DNA from: Candidatus Latescibacterota bacterium
Lineage (GTDB): Bacteria; Latescibacterota; UBA2968; UBA8231
DNA length: 64,000 bases
Direction: 5' to 3'
Assembly: GCA_965200315.1 (NCBI GenBank)
Contig: OZ241362.1
Coordinates: forward strand, 1,568,001-1,632,000
A program made the translations under genes and the position numbers. Shown piece after piece: positions 40,347 through 50,230 of the stretch (within the stretch, counting starts at the first letter, position 1; each line of letters begins with the position of its first letter). A model generated the notes under the pieces. That model made no database searches. It had not been told where the DNA came from and saw nothing but the letters and a program-made list of their open reading frames with translations.

Positions 40347-42869
40347 ATGAAACGCAATCGGAAACTCGTGCTGATCGTGGCACTGATCGCCGCCGCAGTA
40401 TACTACCTGCTGCCGAGCGTGGAATTTTATAGCATGGCGGATGACGAGCGAGAGGCCATGGAGCTAAAATCTCCCGGGCAACTCGTCGATCTGAAAAAGC
40501 GCTCGCTCAACTTGGGACTGGACTTGCAGGGTGGTATTCACCTTGTCCTAGAGGTTAAGACCGAGGGGATGGAGCAGCAGGAAGCCCAAGATGCGGTTGC
40601 CCAAGCCCAGGAAGTCATCCGCAACCGCATCGATCAGTTTGGGGTGGCCGAGCCGACTATCCAGCGCCAAGGCGAAAACCGCATCATCATCGAGCTGCCC
40701 GGCGTCCAAGACGTGCAGCGCGCCAAGGATCTAGTAGGCCAGACCGCGCTGCTCGAATTCCAGCTCCTCGAACCCGCTGAGGACCGCACTCGCCTGATCC
40801 AGCGCATTGACCAAGTGCTGGCTCCGAAAGAAGAGGGAGAGGAGGAAGAAGAAGACCTCCTCCTTTCCTCCACCACAGAAAGCACCCCTCTCTCCTCCAT
40901 GCTCAGCCCTGCCGGCGAAGACCTCACGGTCTCGGGCCGCGACTTGCAGCGCGTCAAGAACTTACTCAACACTCCAGAAGCGCGAGAACTCATCCCCGCA
41001 GACGTGGAATTCCTCTTTTCGAGCAAGCCCGCCGGAGCCGAGGGCAATGAGTTCTACTTCCTCTACTTGGTGCGCAAAAAGCCGGAGATGACCGGGCACA
41101 TGATTCAGGACGCCTTTGTCTCCATCGGCCAAGTCGTCGAATACATGGGTCAGCCCATCGTCAATTTCTCGACCACCGACGAAGGAGTGCGGCTCTTCAG
41201 CCGTATCACAGGTTCGCACATCGGCGATCGCATGGCCATCGTCCTCGACGAATCGGTGTACTCGGCCCCGGTCATCCAGAACAAAATCAGCGAGGGGCGC
41301 GGCATCATCACCGGCAGCGGCACCCAAGAAGAAGCCAAAGATCTCGCCATCGTGCTGCGGGCCGGTGCCCTACCAGCCGAGGTCGAGATCATCGAAGATC
41401 GCACGGTCGGCCCCTCGCTCGGGCGCGACTCCATCGAGCAAGGCAAGACCGCAGCCCTATACAGCATGGTGCTGATAGTAATTTTTATGGTCCTCTACTA
41501 CCGAGCAGCCGGGCTGATAGCCGACTGCGCCCTCTTGCTCAACATGCTCTTCATCATGGCGGTACTGGCCGGTTTTCACGCCACGCTGACCTTGCCCGGC
41601 ATTGCTGGCATCATCCTGACCATCGGCATGGCCGTCGACGCCAATGTGCTGATCTTCGAGCGCATCCGCGAAGAGCTGCGCTCGGGCAAGACCGTTCGCG
41701 CGGCCATAGATTCCGGCTATGGCCACGCGCTTTCGGCCATCATCGACGCCAATGTGACTACGTTCCTAGTCGGTATCGTGCTCTACCAGTTCGGCACCGG
41801 GCCGATCCGCGGCTTTGCTTTGACCCTGTGCATCGGCATTATCTCCAGCCTCTTTACGGCCTTTTTTGTAACCCGCACGATCTTCGAGCTGATCACCCGG
41901 AAGTCGGAGCAATCGCGCTTGAGCATCGGGCCGGTCGCGCTCTTTGCCAACCTGAACATCCGCTTCCTTTCGCTGCGCAACATTGGTTTCGGAGCCTCGG
42001 CGGCAGTGCTGCTCATCGGCATCGTCTCCATCTTGGGCATCAATGGCATCCGCAAGGGCATTGACTTTGCCGGTGGCACCTTGCTGGAGTTGCACTTCGA
42101 TCCAGCCATCCAAGTCGAGGACATCCGCAGCCAGCTCGGTCGCGTCCCCGTGGGCGATGCCGAAATCGACCTGAGCAAGAGCGAGATCAAGCAGTTCGGG
42201 TCGGAAAACGACATCCTCATCCGCGTCAGCGAGAGCGGGGCAGGCACTGAGGTGGCCGATGGCATCATGGGGGTACTCAAGGCCGGATTTGCCAGCAGTA
42301 TCGAAGAAATGGAGTGGATCCGCCGCCAAGAAAAGGTCGGCCCCAAAATCGGTAGCGAACTCAGCAGCGCGGCCGTGCGCGCCGTGCTGGTGGCCTTGGC
42401 GCTGATCCTGATCTACATGGCTTGGCGCTTCCACCGCTTCCTCTACGGCATCGCCGCGGTCGTCGCGCTCTTCCACGACGTGCTCATCACCCTCGGGCTA
42501 CTCTCGCTCTTCGACATTGAGATTACCCTCGCGGTGGTCGCCGCGCTGCTAGCTATCGTCGGGTACTCGCTCAACGACACGATCGTGGTCTTCGATCGCA
42601 TCCGCGAAAACTTGCACACGGTCCGCCGGCAGGGCTTTGACGGCACGGTCAACCAGAGTATCAACGAGTGCCTGAGCCGCACACTGATCACCTCGGCGAC
42701 GACCCTCTTGGCAGTGCTGGTGCTGATGATCTTTGGCGGCGAGGTCAACCGCGACTTTACCATCACCTTGATGATCGGCGTCGTGGTCGGCACCTATTCG
42801 TCTGTATTCGTCGCCAGCCCAGTGCTCTATCTAGGCCAACAGCGGGCCGCCGCCAAAGGCTCCGACTAA
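40347..42869 (+). CDS. secDF: Fused protein translocase subunit SecDF
   Basis: LGLDLQGG, RIDQFGVAEP, GMAVDANVLIFERIREE, GIDFAGG, GYSLNDTIVVFDRIRE. Confidence 0.96.
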   Translation: MKRNRKLVLIVALIAAAVYYLLPSVEFYSMADDEREAMELKSPGQLVDLKKRSLNLGLDLQGGIHLVLEVKTEGMEQQEAQDAVAQAQEVIRNRIDQFGVAEPTIQRQGENRIIIELPGVQDVQRAKDLVGQTALLEFQLLEPAEDRTRLIQRIDQVLAPKEEGEEEEEDLLLSSTTESTPLSSMLSPAGEDLTVSGRDLQRVKNLLNTPEARELIPADVEFLFSSKPAGAEGNEFYFLYLVRKKPEMTGHMIQDAFVSIGQVVEYMGQPIVNFSTTDEGVRLFSRITGSHIGDRMAIVLDESVYSAPVIQNKISEGRGIITGSGTQEEAKDLAIVLRAGALPAEVEIIEDRTVGPSLGRDSIEQGKTAALYSMVLIVIFMVLYYRAAGLIADCALLLNMLFIMAVLAGFHATLTLPGIAGIILTIGMAVDANVLIFERIREELRSGKTVRAAIDSGYGHALSAIIDANVTTFLVGIVLYQFGTGPIRGFALTLCIGIISSLFTAFFVTRTIFELITRKSEQSRLSIGPVALFANLNIRFLSLRNIGFGASAAVLLIGIVSILGINGIRKGIDFAGGTLLELHFDPAIQVEDIRSQLGRVPVGDAEIDLSKSEIKQFGSENDILIRVSESGAGTEVADGIMGVLKAGFASSIEEMEWIRRQEKVGPKIGSELSSAAVRAVLVALALILIYMAWRFHRFLYGIAAVVALFHDVLITLGLLSLFDIEITLAVVAALLAIVGYSLNDTIVVFDRIRENLHTVRRQGFDGTVNQSINECLSRTLITSATTLLAVLVLMIFGGEVNRDFTITLMIGVVVGTYSSVFVASPVLYLGQQRAAAKGSD

Positions 42870-42897
42870 AGCGAGTTGGGCGGGACCGCCTCTCGCC

Positions 42898-44109
42898 ATG
42901 AAAACGATAGTAGTAGCTGCCTTTGTCTTGCTGTTGATCTACTACGGACCGCCACAGGATCGTTCCAGCCCCTTTGACGTCGCGTGGATGCTGGGTGCGC
43001 TGGCTCTCTTGGCCGCGACTGGAGGCCAATTGGCGCAGGCGACCCGCCTACCAGCACTGGTGGGCTGGATCGGGGCCGGGATGTTGCTGGGCACTGGCGG
43101 CTTGCAACTCGTCGATATAGGCGCATTCTCCCTGCACCAATTGCTATTTCTCACGGCGGGCCTCGGGGTCGGGTTCCAAGTAGGGCTACACTTAGTATGG
43201 CCAACGTACGCTTGGCGCATGCTTGGGTTGGTAGCTGCGGTGACCGCGCTGGTCTTTGCCGCGGTCACCGCGGCCATCGCATTGCTCGGGCTGCCTTGGG
43301 AGCAAGCCGTACTCCTCGGCGCATTGGCCAGCTTGTGGGGGCCTTTCACCGGCGTACCGGAATTTGGCCGGCGCGGCGCACTAGTGCTGGCCGTGCTAGG
43401 GACGGGTTGCGCCCTCGGGGCGTTGGGTGGAGCACTGATTCTGCTGGAAACCGGAGCCTCGGGATGGGTCGGGCGCGTCGGCCTTTCGCTTGTAGCTGGC
43501 GGCGGGCTGGGGCTGGGGCTGCGCCTTTTAAGGAGGTTCGCCACTCCAAGCGCGACCATAGTCTCCGGCCTAGTCGGGGCGTTTTTTTTAACGGCTCTCG
43601 CACTGGAGCTCCTCGGGCTGATGGCGCTGCTCTGCGGGTTGGTGGCGGGACTCGTACAGGACAAGCAGCAAAGCCGCCGCGTCCGGTTGCTACTACACCG
43701 GGGCGCACCGGTGGCCTTCATGCTCTTTTTCGCACTCTTGGGGACCGCGCTCGATCTCGGCGCACTGTGGCCGCCCGCAGACGGGCTGTACGAGGCCGCG
43801 CTCGTCCTAGTGACCGTGCCGCTACTTTTGCGGGGACTGGCTCCCATAGCGTACTACCCGCTACCCGGCCCCTATCGAGGGCGGCACATTGGCTGGCGGC
43901 TCCTGCCGCGCGGCGCATTGCTGTTCGAGTTGTTCTGCGGCCCGCACGGGCTGGCCCCCTACGTAGGGGCCGAGGGTCTGTTGGCGCAGGCCGTGCTCTT
44001 GGACATTCTCGTTTCGACCTTGCTTTTCTCCTCCTCGTCATTGCTCGTAGATGCGAGCCTTGTCCCCGCGGAAAAGGCTCGCCCCTCAGAAGAAGAAGCG
44101 GCGACCTGA
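42898..44109 (+). CDS. Polytopic membrane protein, divergent cation:proton antiporter-like
   Basis: About 12 hydrophobic segments; RLPALVGWIGAGMLLG, FMLFFALLGTALDL, LLPRG. Confidence 0.6.
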   Translation: MKTIVVAAFVLLLIYYGPPQDRSSPFDVAWMLGALALLAATGGQLAQATRLPALVGWIGAGMLLGTGGLQLVDIGAFSLHQLLFLTAGLGVGFQVGLHLVWPTYAWRMLGLVAAVTALVFAAVTAAIALLGLPWEQAVLLGALASLWGPFTGVPEFGRRGALVLAVLGTGCALGALGGALILLETGASGWVGRVGLSLVAGGGLGLGLRLLRRFATPSATIVSGLVGAFFLTALALELLGLMALLCGLVAGLVQDKQQSRRVRLLLHRGAPVAFMLFFALLGTALDLGALWPPADGLYEAALVLVTVPLLLRGLAPIAYYPLPGPYRGRHIGWRLLPRGALLFELFCGPHGLAPYVGAEGLLAQAVLLDILVSTLLFSSSSLLVDASLVPAEKARPSEEEAAT

Positions 44110-44175
44110 GCCAAGCCGCTGTTGGTTTGTGTCCAACTAATCTGATTTGTATTTTTAGCAGTTTAGATATTTAGT

Positions 44176-44868
44176 ATGGACCACATTCGCGACAACTGGG
44201 AATTACTGCACACCCGCATTGAGCGGGCGGCCGAACGCAGCGGGCGCACAGCAAGCGCGATTGAGGTCGTCGCCGTCAGCAAAACGCGCAGCGCCGGCGA
44301 AATCGAAGCCGCTTACGCCTGCGGCTTGCGCAGCGTGGGCGAAAATCGCATCCAAGAAGCAGCGGTCAAGCGCCCGCAGGTCGCCGCGCCCCTCGCTTGG
44401 CACTTTGTCGGCCACTTGCAGACGAATAAAGCCGGGCTGGCCGTCGAGCTTTTCGACCTCGTGCAGTCGGTTGATTCCGCCCGGTTAGCGCGGGCACTCA
44501 GCCGCCGGGCCGAGCAGGCCGGCCGCACCATCGAGGTGCTCTTGCAGGTAAACACGGCCGGTAGTCTGAGCCAAGGAGGAGTAGCACCCGACCAGCTCGT
44601 CGATCTAGTCGCAGTCCTCGCGCCGCTGCCGCACTTGCAGATTCGCGGCCTGATGACCATTGCCGCTCACAGCGAGGACGAAGCCACCGTCCGGGGCTGC
44701 TTTCGGGCCTTGCGCGAGCTCGGCGAAAAAGTCGCCGAGTGCGGGCTGGCGGGCGTATCCGTGGACTACCTGTCCATGGGCATGAGCGGCGACTTTGAAC
44801 TCGCCATCGCCGAAGGGGCCAATCTGTTGCGCCTCGGCACGGCCATCTTCGGCCCGCGGCCGACCTGA
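44176..44868 (+). CDS. yggS: PLP homeostasis protein
   Basis: VAVSKT, GENRIQE, WHFVGHLQTNK, GLMT, LSMGMSGD, RLGTAIFG. Confidence 0.95.
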   Translation: MDHIRDNWELLHTRIERAAERSGRTASAIEVVAVSKTRSAGEIEAAYACGLRSVGENRIQEAAVKRPQVAAPLAWHFVGHLQTNKAGLAVELFDLVQSVDSARLARALSRRAEQAGRTIEVLLQVNTAGSLSQGGVAPDQLVDLVAVLAPLPHLQIRGLMTIAAHSEDEATVRGCFRALRELGEKVAECGLAGVSVDYLSMGMSGDFELAIAEGANLLRLGTAIFGPRPT

Positions 44869-44884
44869 TACACAGGAGATAATC

Positions 44885-45178
44885 GTGTTCGATTTCGGCG
44901 GTTTTTTCACAGACGTCAAGGGCCTCCTCATCGGCCTCATCGAGATCTACAGCTATGTGGTCCTCATTCGGGTGCTGATCTCGTGGTTCAACCCCAGCCC
45001 CCACAACCCACTCGTCCAATTCCTGCGCGGCGTCACCGATCCGGCCCTCGATACAGTGCGCTCCTTCTTGCCGAGGTTTTTTTGGTCGACCGGCATAGAC
45101 TTCACGCCGATAGTCCTGTTTTTCCTGCTCAAGCTCATCGTCATCTTTCTCCACCGTCTATTTCCCGCAGCCGGATGA
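44885..45178 (+). CDS. yggT: YggT family membrane protein
   Basis: RVLISWF..NPLVQFLRGVTDP..IDFTPIV; GTG start with AGGAG RBS. Confidence 0.88.
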   Translation: MFDFGGFFTDVKGLLIGLIEIYSYVVLIRVLISWFNPSPHNPLVQFLRGVTDPALDTVRSFLPRFFWSTGIDFTPIVLFFLLKLIVIFLHRLFPAAG

Positions 45179-48100
45179 GCATGGCACCCCAAACCCCTTT
45201 TGCCCCGGTCCCGTCCCAAGTCGATTTTCCCGCTCAGGAGCGCCGCATCCTCGACTTCTGGCGCGATGGCGACCTGTATCGCAAATCCGTCGATGCCCGT
45301 TCCGTTGAGCAGCCCTTTCGGTTCTACGACGGGCCGCCCTTTGCGACCGGTCTGCCCCACTACGGACACCTGCTGGCGTCCATCACCAAGGACGTAGTGC
45401 CCCGCTACTGGACGATGCGCGGCTACCGGGTCGAGCGACGCTGGGGCTGGGACTGCCACGGCCTGCCCGTTGAAAACGAAGCCGAGCAGCAGCTCGGGCT
45501 CGGGTCGCGACGCGACATTCTCGAATACGGCGTGTCCCAGTTCAACGAAGCCTGCCGAGACTTGGTGTTGCGCTACACGGCTGAGTGGCAAAGGCTAATC
45601 GAGCGACTAGGGCGCTGGGTTGACTGGAACCACCAGTACCGGACCATGGACCCCGATTTCATGGAGTCCGTGTGGTGGGTGTTCAAGTCGCTGTGGGACA
45701 AAGGGCTCGTCTATGAGGGCTACAAGTCCCTCGCCTACTGCCCCCGCTGCGCGACACCGCTGTCGAACTTCGAGGTCAACCAAGGCTATCAAGATACTCA
45801 GGACCCGTCGATTACAGTGCGCTTCCGCGTCGCTGGCGAGCCGCGTTTGTCCCTGCTCGCTTGGACGACGACCCCGTGGACTCTACCCTCCAACATGGGC
45901 TTGGCCATCGGCCGCGACATCGACTACGTGCGCGTCACCACCGGCGACGGAGAGCAATTGATCCTCGCCGCTTCCCTCGTCGAAGGCCTCTTTCGCCGGC
46001 ACGACAGCGAGATCGCCGAGGTAACGCCTGTCGCTGTCGAAAATCTCATCGAATTGCGCTACGAGCCTCTGTTCAACTACTTCGCCGACCGCGACGACGA
46101 GGGCGCTTTCCGCGTCGTAACGGCCGACTTTGTATCTACTGACGACGGCACTGGCATCGTCCACATTGCCCCGGGGTTCGGCGAGGACGATTACCAACTC
46201 GGTCTGGCCGAGGGCTTGCCCGTGGTCTGCCCCATCGACGCCGACTGCTGCTTCACCGACGAAATCCCAGACTTTGCGGGCACTTTTGTAAAGGACGCAG
46301 ATACGCCCCTCATCCGCCGCTTGCGCACCTCGGGCCAGCTATTCTCCGAGGGTTCCATCGAGCACGCCTACCCATTCTGCTGGCGCTGCGATTCGCCCCT
46401 CATCTACCGCACGATCTCCACTTGGTTCGTAAAAATCGAAGGCGAGGTAAAGGAGAAGATGCTCGCCGCCAATCAGCAGATCTGGTGGATTCCCGAGCAC
46501 ATCCGCGATGGCCGCTTCGGCAAGGGCGTTGAGTCGGCACCGGACTGGGCCGTCAGCCGCAATCGCTACTGGGGCACACCACTGCCGATCTGGCGCAACG
46601 AGGAAACGGGCGAAGCCGTGTGCGTCGGCAGCCGCCAAGAGCTGTGCCAACTTACCGGACGCGATGTCGACGACCTGCACAAGCACTTCATCGACGACCT
46701 CGAGATTCCAGCGCCGTCTGGAAACGGCTCGCTGTGGCGCGTGCCCGAAGTCCTCGACTGCTGGTTCGAGTCTGGGTCCATGCCGTACGCACAGAGTCAC
46801 TACCCCTTTGGGCGGCGCGAGGACTTTGAAGCCTCTTTCCCAGCCGACTTCATCTCCGAAAACCTCGACCAGACCCGCGGATGGTTCTACACCCTGACGA
46901 TCCTCGCCGCGGCCCTGTTTGACAAGCCGGCTTTCCACAACTGCATCGTCGGCGGCATGTTGCTTGCGGCCGACGGCCGCAAGCTGAGCAAGCGGCTGAA
47001 GAACTATCCCGATCCGGCTGAAATGCTCGATACCTACGGCGCCGACGCCCTGCGCCTCTATCTGCTCAACTCGCCAGCCATGAAGGCCGAGGAGATGCGC
47101 CTTACCGAAGAGGGCATCAAGCAGAGCCTGCGCGATGTCATCATTCCCTTGTGGAATGCCTATAGCTTCTTTGTCACCTACGCGACTATTGACGGTTGGA
47201 CGCCAAACGAGAGCCGCGTACAGCCGCTCGACCACCGCCTCGACCGCTGGATTCTCTCGGAATTGCAGACCTTGCTCCGCGACCTGAACGCCGAAATGGA
47301 AGCCTACCGGCTCTATCGCACAGTACCGGCGATGGTGGCTTTTATCGAGAAGCTGACCAACTGGTACATCCGCCGCAGCCGCCGTCGCTTCTGGAAGTCC
47401 GAAGACGACCAAGACAAGCAGGCCGCGTACGACACCCTCTACCGGGTGCTGGTGACCTTCATCAAAGCCCTCGCGCCGGTCTTGCCCTTTATCACCGAGA
47501 GCATCTACCAAAACTTGGTGCGCCGCGTGGGTGCCGAGGCACCCGAAAGCATCCATCTGTGCGATATGCCCCAAGCCGACGAACACTTGCGCGACGCCGC
47601 CTTAGAGCAGCAAATGGAACTGGCGACGCGGGCCGTGGTCTTGGGCCGCTCGCTGCGCAGCAAACACGCGCTCAAGGTGCGCCAGCCGTTGCGGCACCTC
47701 TATCTTTTGCCTCCCAACGGACACAGCCACCACGAGCTAGAGCAGATGACCGACCTGCTAGCCGACGAACTCAACGTCAAGGAGGTGGTGCTGGTGGACG
47801 ACGAGACCGAACTCAGCGAGGTCTCCTACCGGCCCGATTTCCGCGCCTTAGGGCCGCGCTTCGGCAAGCAGATGCCAGCGGTTGCCGCCCGCATCCAAGC
47901 TCTGACGGCTGAGGATGTACACCTCCTCGAAAGCGGTGGCCAGGTTTCGGTAGCCGGCGGCGAGATCGGGCTGGACGACATCGTCGTGCAGCGCCGGGAG
48001 AAAGACGGCGTGGTGGTAGCCCTCGACAACAATCTCGGGGTGGGGTTGGATGTCCAACTCGACGACGAGCTAATCGCCGAATGCACTGCGCGCGAATTCG

Positions 48101-48336
48101 TCAACCGCGTGCAGAACATGCGCAAAGAGGCCGGGCTGGATGTCGCCGACCGCATTCACGTCTGGGTGCGAGGCGAGGCCGCTTTGGAGGAAGCAGTTCA
48201 GCAGCACGGCCCGTACATCGCCGCCGAGATCCTAGCGCTGGCCCTCCACACCGGCGACCTGCCTCAGGCGGCGCTCTTGCAGCAGGAGCGGCAGGTCAAC
48301 GGCCACGATAGCACCATTGCCATAGTTAGGGCCTAA
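45175..48336 (+). CDS. ileS: Isoleucine-tRNA ligase (type 2)
   Basis: DGPPFATGLPHYGH, GWDCHGLP, WTTTPWTLP, DQTRGWFY, KLSKR. Confidence 0.97.
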   Translation: MSMAPQTPFAPVPSQVDFPAQERRILDFWRDGDLYRKSVDARSVEQPFRFYDGPPFATGLPHYGHLLASITKDVVPRYWTMRGYRVERRWGWDCHGLPVENEAEQQLGLGSRRDILEYGVSQFNEACRDLVLRYTAEWQRLIERLGRWVDWNHQYRTMDPDFMESVWWVFKSLWDKGLVYEGYKSLAYCPRCATPLSNFEVNQGYQDTQDPSITVRFRVAGEPRLSLLAWTTTPWTLPSNMGLAIGRDIDYVRVTTGDGEQLILAASLVEGLFRRHDSEIAEVTPVAVENLIELRYEPLFNYFADRDDEGAFRVVTADFVSTDDGTGIVHIAPGFGEDDYQLGLAEGLPVVCPIDADCCFTDEIPDFAGTFVKDADTPLIRRLRTSGQLFSEGSIEHAYPFCWRCDSPLIYRTISTWFVKIEGEVKEKMLAANQQIWWIPEHIRDGRFGKGVESAPDWAVSRNRYWGTPLPIWRNEETGEAVCVGSRQELCQLTGRDVDDLHKHFIDDLEIPAPSGNGSLWRVPEVLDCWFESGSMPYAQSHYPFGRREDFEASFPADFISENLDQTRGWFYTLTILAAALFDKPAFHNCIVGGMLLAADGRKLSKRLKNYPDPAEMLDTYGADALRLYLLNSPAMKAEEMRLTEEGIKQSLRDVIIPLWNAYSFFVTYATIDGWTPNESRVQPLDHRLDRWILSELQTLLRDLNAEMEAYRLYRTVPAMVAFIEKLTNWYIRRSRRRFWKSEDDQDKQAAYDTLYRVLVTFIKALAPVLPFITESIYQNLVRRVGAEAPESIHLCDMPQADEHLRDAALEQQMELATRAVVLGRSLRSKHALKVRQPLRHLYLLPPNGHSHHELEQMTDLLADELNVKEVVLVDDETELSEVSYRPDFRALGPRFGKQMPAVAARIQALTAEDVHLLESGGQVSVAGGEIGLDDIVVQRREKDGVVVALDNNLGVGLDVQLDDELIAECTAREFVNRVQNMRKEAGLDVADRIHVWVRGEAALEEAVQQHGPYIAAEILALALHTGDLPQAALLQQERQVNGHDSTIAIVRA

Positions 48337-48355
48337 GCAGAGAGGGAAAAATAAA

Positions 48356-48760
48356 ATGGACCACGAATCCAAGCAGATGGAGCAAAAAGACCTCGATTTT
48401 TTCAAAAAATTGCTCCTTGAAAAAATCGCCCAGACCTCAGCCGATGTCGAAGCTATCGAAAACACCTCGCGCAATGACGCCCGGGAAACGGCCTCTGAGG
48501 ACCGCTCGACCTATTCGCTGCACATGGCCGACCACGGGACCGACGCCATGGAGCGGGAAAAATCCCTGCTCCTCGCCCAGCGCGGTGGCGATTACATCGA
48601 CTACTTAAACAAGGCCCTAGAGCGCATTGAGGACGGCACTTTTGGTATATGCCGCACCTGCAAAAGGCCAATCGGCCGCGGCCGCCTAGAGGCCGTGCCC
48701 ACCGCCACCCAGTGCATTAGCTGCAAATCCAAGCGCGAGGGGGCGTCGGACTTAGAGTGA
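48356..48760 (+). CDS. DksA/TraR C4 zinc-finger protein
   Basis: HMADHGTD, ALERIEDGTFGICRTC..RLEAVP..CISC. Confidence 0.9.
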   Translation: MDHESKQMEQKDLDFFKKLLLEKIAQTSADVEAIENTSRNDARETASEDRSTYSLHMADHGTDAMEREKSLLLAQRGGDYIDYLNKALERIEDGTFGICRTCKRPIGRGRLEAVPTATQCISCKSKREGASDLE

Positions 48761-49272
48761 ATTTCCTGTGGATCATACCACTGGCCGTGGCCCTCGATCA
48801 AGCTAGCAAATTCATCGTCCGCGGATCCATGACACTGTACCAGTCCGAGCCTGTATTGGGCGACTTTTTTCGCCTGACCTACATCCACAACCCCGGCGCG
48901 GCCTTCGGGCTGAATATGGGCAGCCCGCTTTTGCACACGGCCTTCTCGCTCCTCGCACTCGGCATCCTCGTTTACCTCTATCGCTCGCTGGCCGCCAACG
49001 AGCAGCTTTTGCGCCTAGCCCTCTGCCTGGTATTAGGCGGTGCCGTGGGCAATATCATCGACCGCCTGTACTTGGGAGAAGTGGTGGATTTTTTTGACTT
49101 CGGCCTCGGGGATTTGCGCTGGCCGATCTTCAACTTTGCCGATTCCTTCGTCACCGTCGGCGTCTTGCTCTTGGCCTTGGGCTACTCGCGCCGCGAAAAG
49201 ACGGACGCCTGTCGAGCGCCTGAAGAGGAAAATTCCCATGGACCTCGCCGTCCCCGTCGAATCAGCCGCTGA
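48757..49272 (+). CDS. lspA: Lipoprotein signal peptidase
   Basis: LDQASK, NPGAAFG, GAVGNIIDR, VVDF, FNFADS. Confidence 0.95.
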   Translation: MNFLWIIPLAVALDQASKFIVRGSMTLYQSEPVLGDFFRLTYIHNPGAAFGLNMGSPLLHTAFSLLALGILVYLYRSLAANEQLLRLALCLVLGGAVGNIIDRLYLGEVVDFFDFGLGDLRWPIFNFADSFVTVGVLLLALGYSRREKTDACRAPEEENSHGPRRPRRISR

Positions 49273-50191
49273 GCGACTCGATCTTTTCCTCCGCACCCAC
49301 TGTCCCCAACATTCGCGCAGCAGCATCCAAGCACTCATCAAGGCCGGAGCGATCCGCGTCAACGGCAAAAAGACGCGCCCGGCCTATTTGGTCCAGCCCA
49401 GAGACGAAATCGCCATCGAACTGCCCGAGCGCGAGCCCACAACCGCACACCCTGAGCCACTCCCCCTATCCATCGCGTACGAAGACGACGACCTGCTGGT
49501 CGTGAACAAGGCGGCCGGCATGACCGTGCATCCGGCTCCGGGTGCGACCGAGGGCACCCTCGTCAATGCGCTGTTGCACCACTGCCGCGAGCTGTCGGGC
49601 ATCAACGGTGCGCTCCGTCCGGGAATCGTCCATCGGCTCGACAAGGAAACCAGCGGCTTGATGCTAGTGGCCAAGCGCGACACCGCCCACCGACAGCTCG
49701 CCCACAGCCTGCAAGCGCGGCGGATTGAGCGGTGCTACCTCGCCCTTGTATGGGGGGGGATGCGGGAAGTTGAGGGCCGGATTGAGGCCCCGATTGGCCG
49801 CCACCCCAAGAACCGCAAAAAGATGGCCGTAATCGCCGGAGGTCGAGCCGCGACCACGAACCTCAAAATTGCCGAGCGCTTCCCCTTTACCAATCTAATC
49901 GAATGCCGCCTAGAAACCGGACGCACGCATCAAATCCGCGTACATCTGGCTCATATCGGCCATCCAGTCTTCGGCGACCCCGTGTACGGAGGCCGCGATC
50001 AGGCGCGGGGCATCCGCCCGGAATTCCAGCGTCAAGCCAAGTGGATGCTGAGCTTGATCAAACGCCAAGCCCTGCACGCCAAAAAACTGCGCTTTGCGCA
50101 TCCGACCACCGGAGAGATGATGGAGTTTACTGCGCCGCCGCCGGAGGACATGCAGGCCGTGTTAGAGGCAGCGCGGATGGAGAGCGGATAG
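49238..50191 (+). CDS. rluD: RluD-type pseudouridine synthase
   Basis: S4 domain, VNKAAG, GIVHRLDKETSG, LETGRTHQIRVH, RQALHA. Confidence 0.9.
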   Translation: MDLAVPVESAAERLDLFLRTHCPQHSRSSIQALIKAGAIRVNGKKTRPAYLVQPRDEIAIELPEREPTTAHPEPLPLSIAYEDDDLLVVNKAAGMTVHPAPGATEGTLVNALLHHCRELSGINGALRPGIVHRLDKETSGLMLVAKRDTAHRQLAHSLQARRIERCYLALVWGGMREVEGRIEAPIGRHPKNRKKMAVIAGGRAATTNLKIAERFPFTNLIECRLETGRTHQIRVHLAHIGHPVFGDPVYGGRDQARGIRPEFQRQAKWMLSLIKRQALHAKKLRFAHPTTGEMMEFTAPPPEDMQAVLEAARMESG

Positions 50192-50230
50192 CGCGCGACG
50201 GCCCTAGAAAACCGACGAGGAGAACGGCCT

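Noticed and set aside
46339-47586. 415-aa antisense ORF, and similar ones at 7059-8054, 42942-43847 and 60218-61132
   Set aside because: Shadow ORFs opposite well-supported genes in GC-rich DNA, with no recognisable motifs.
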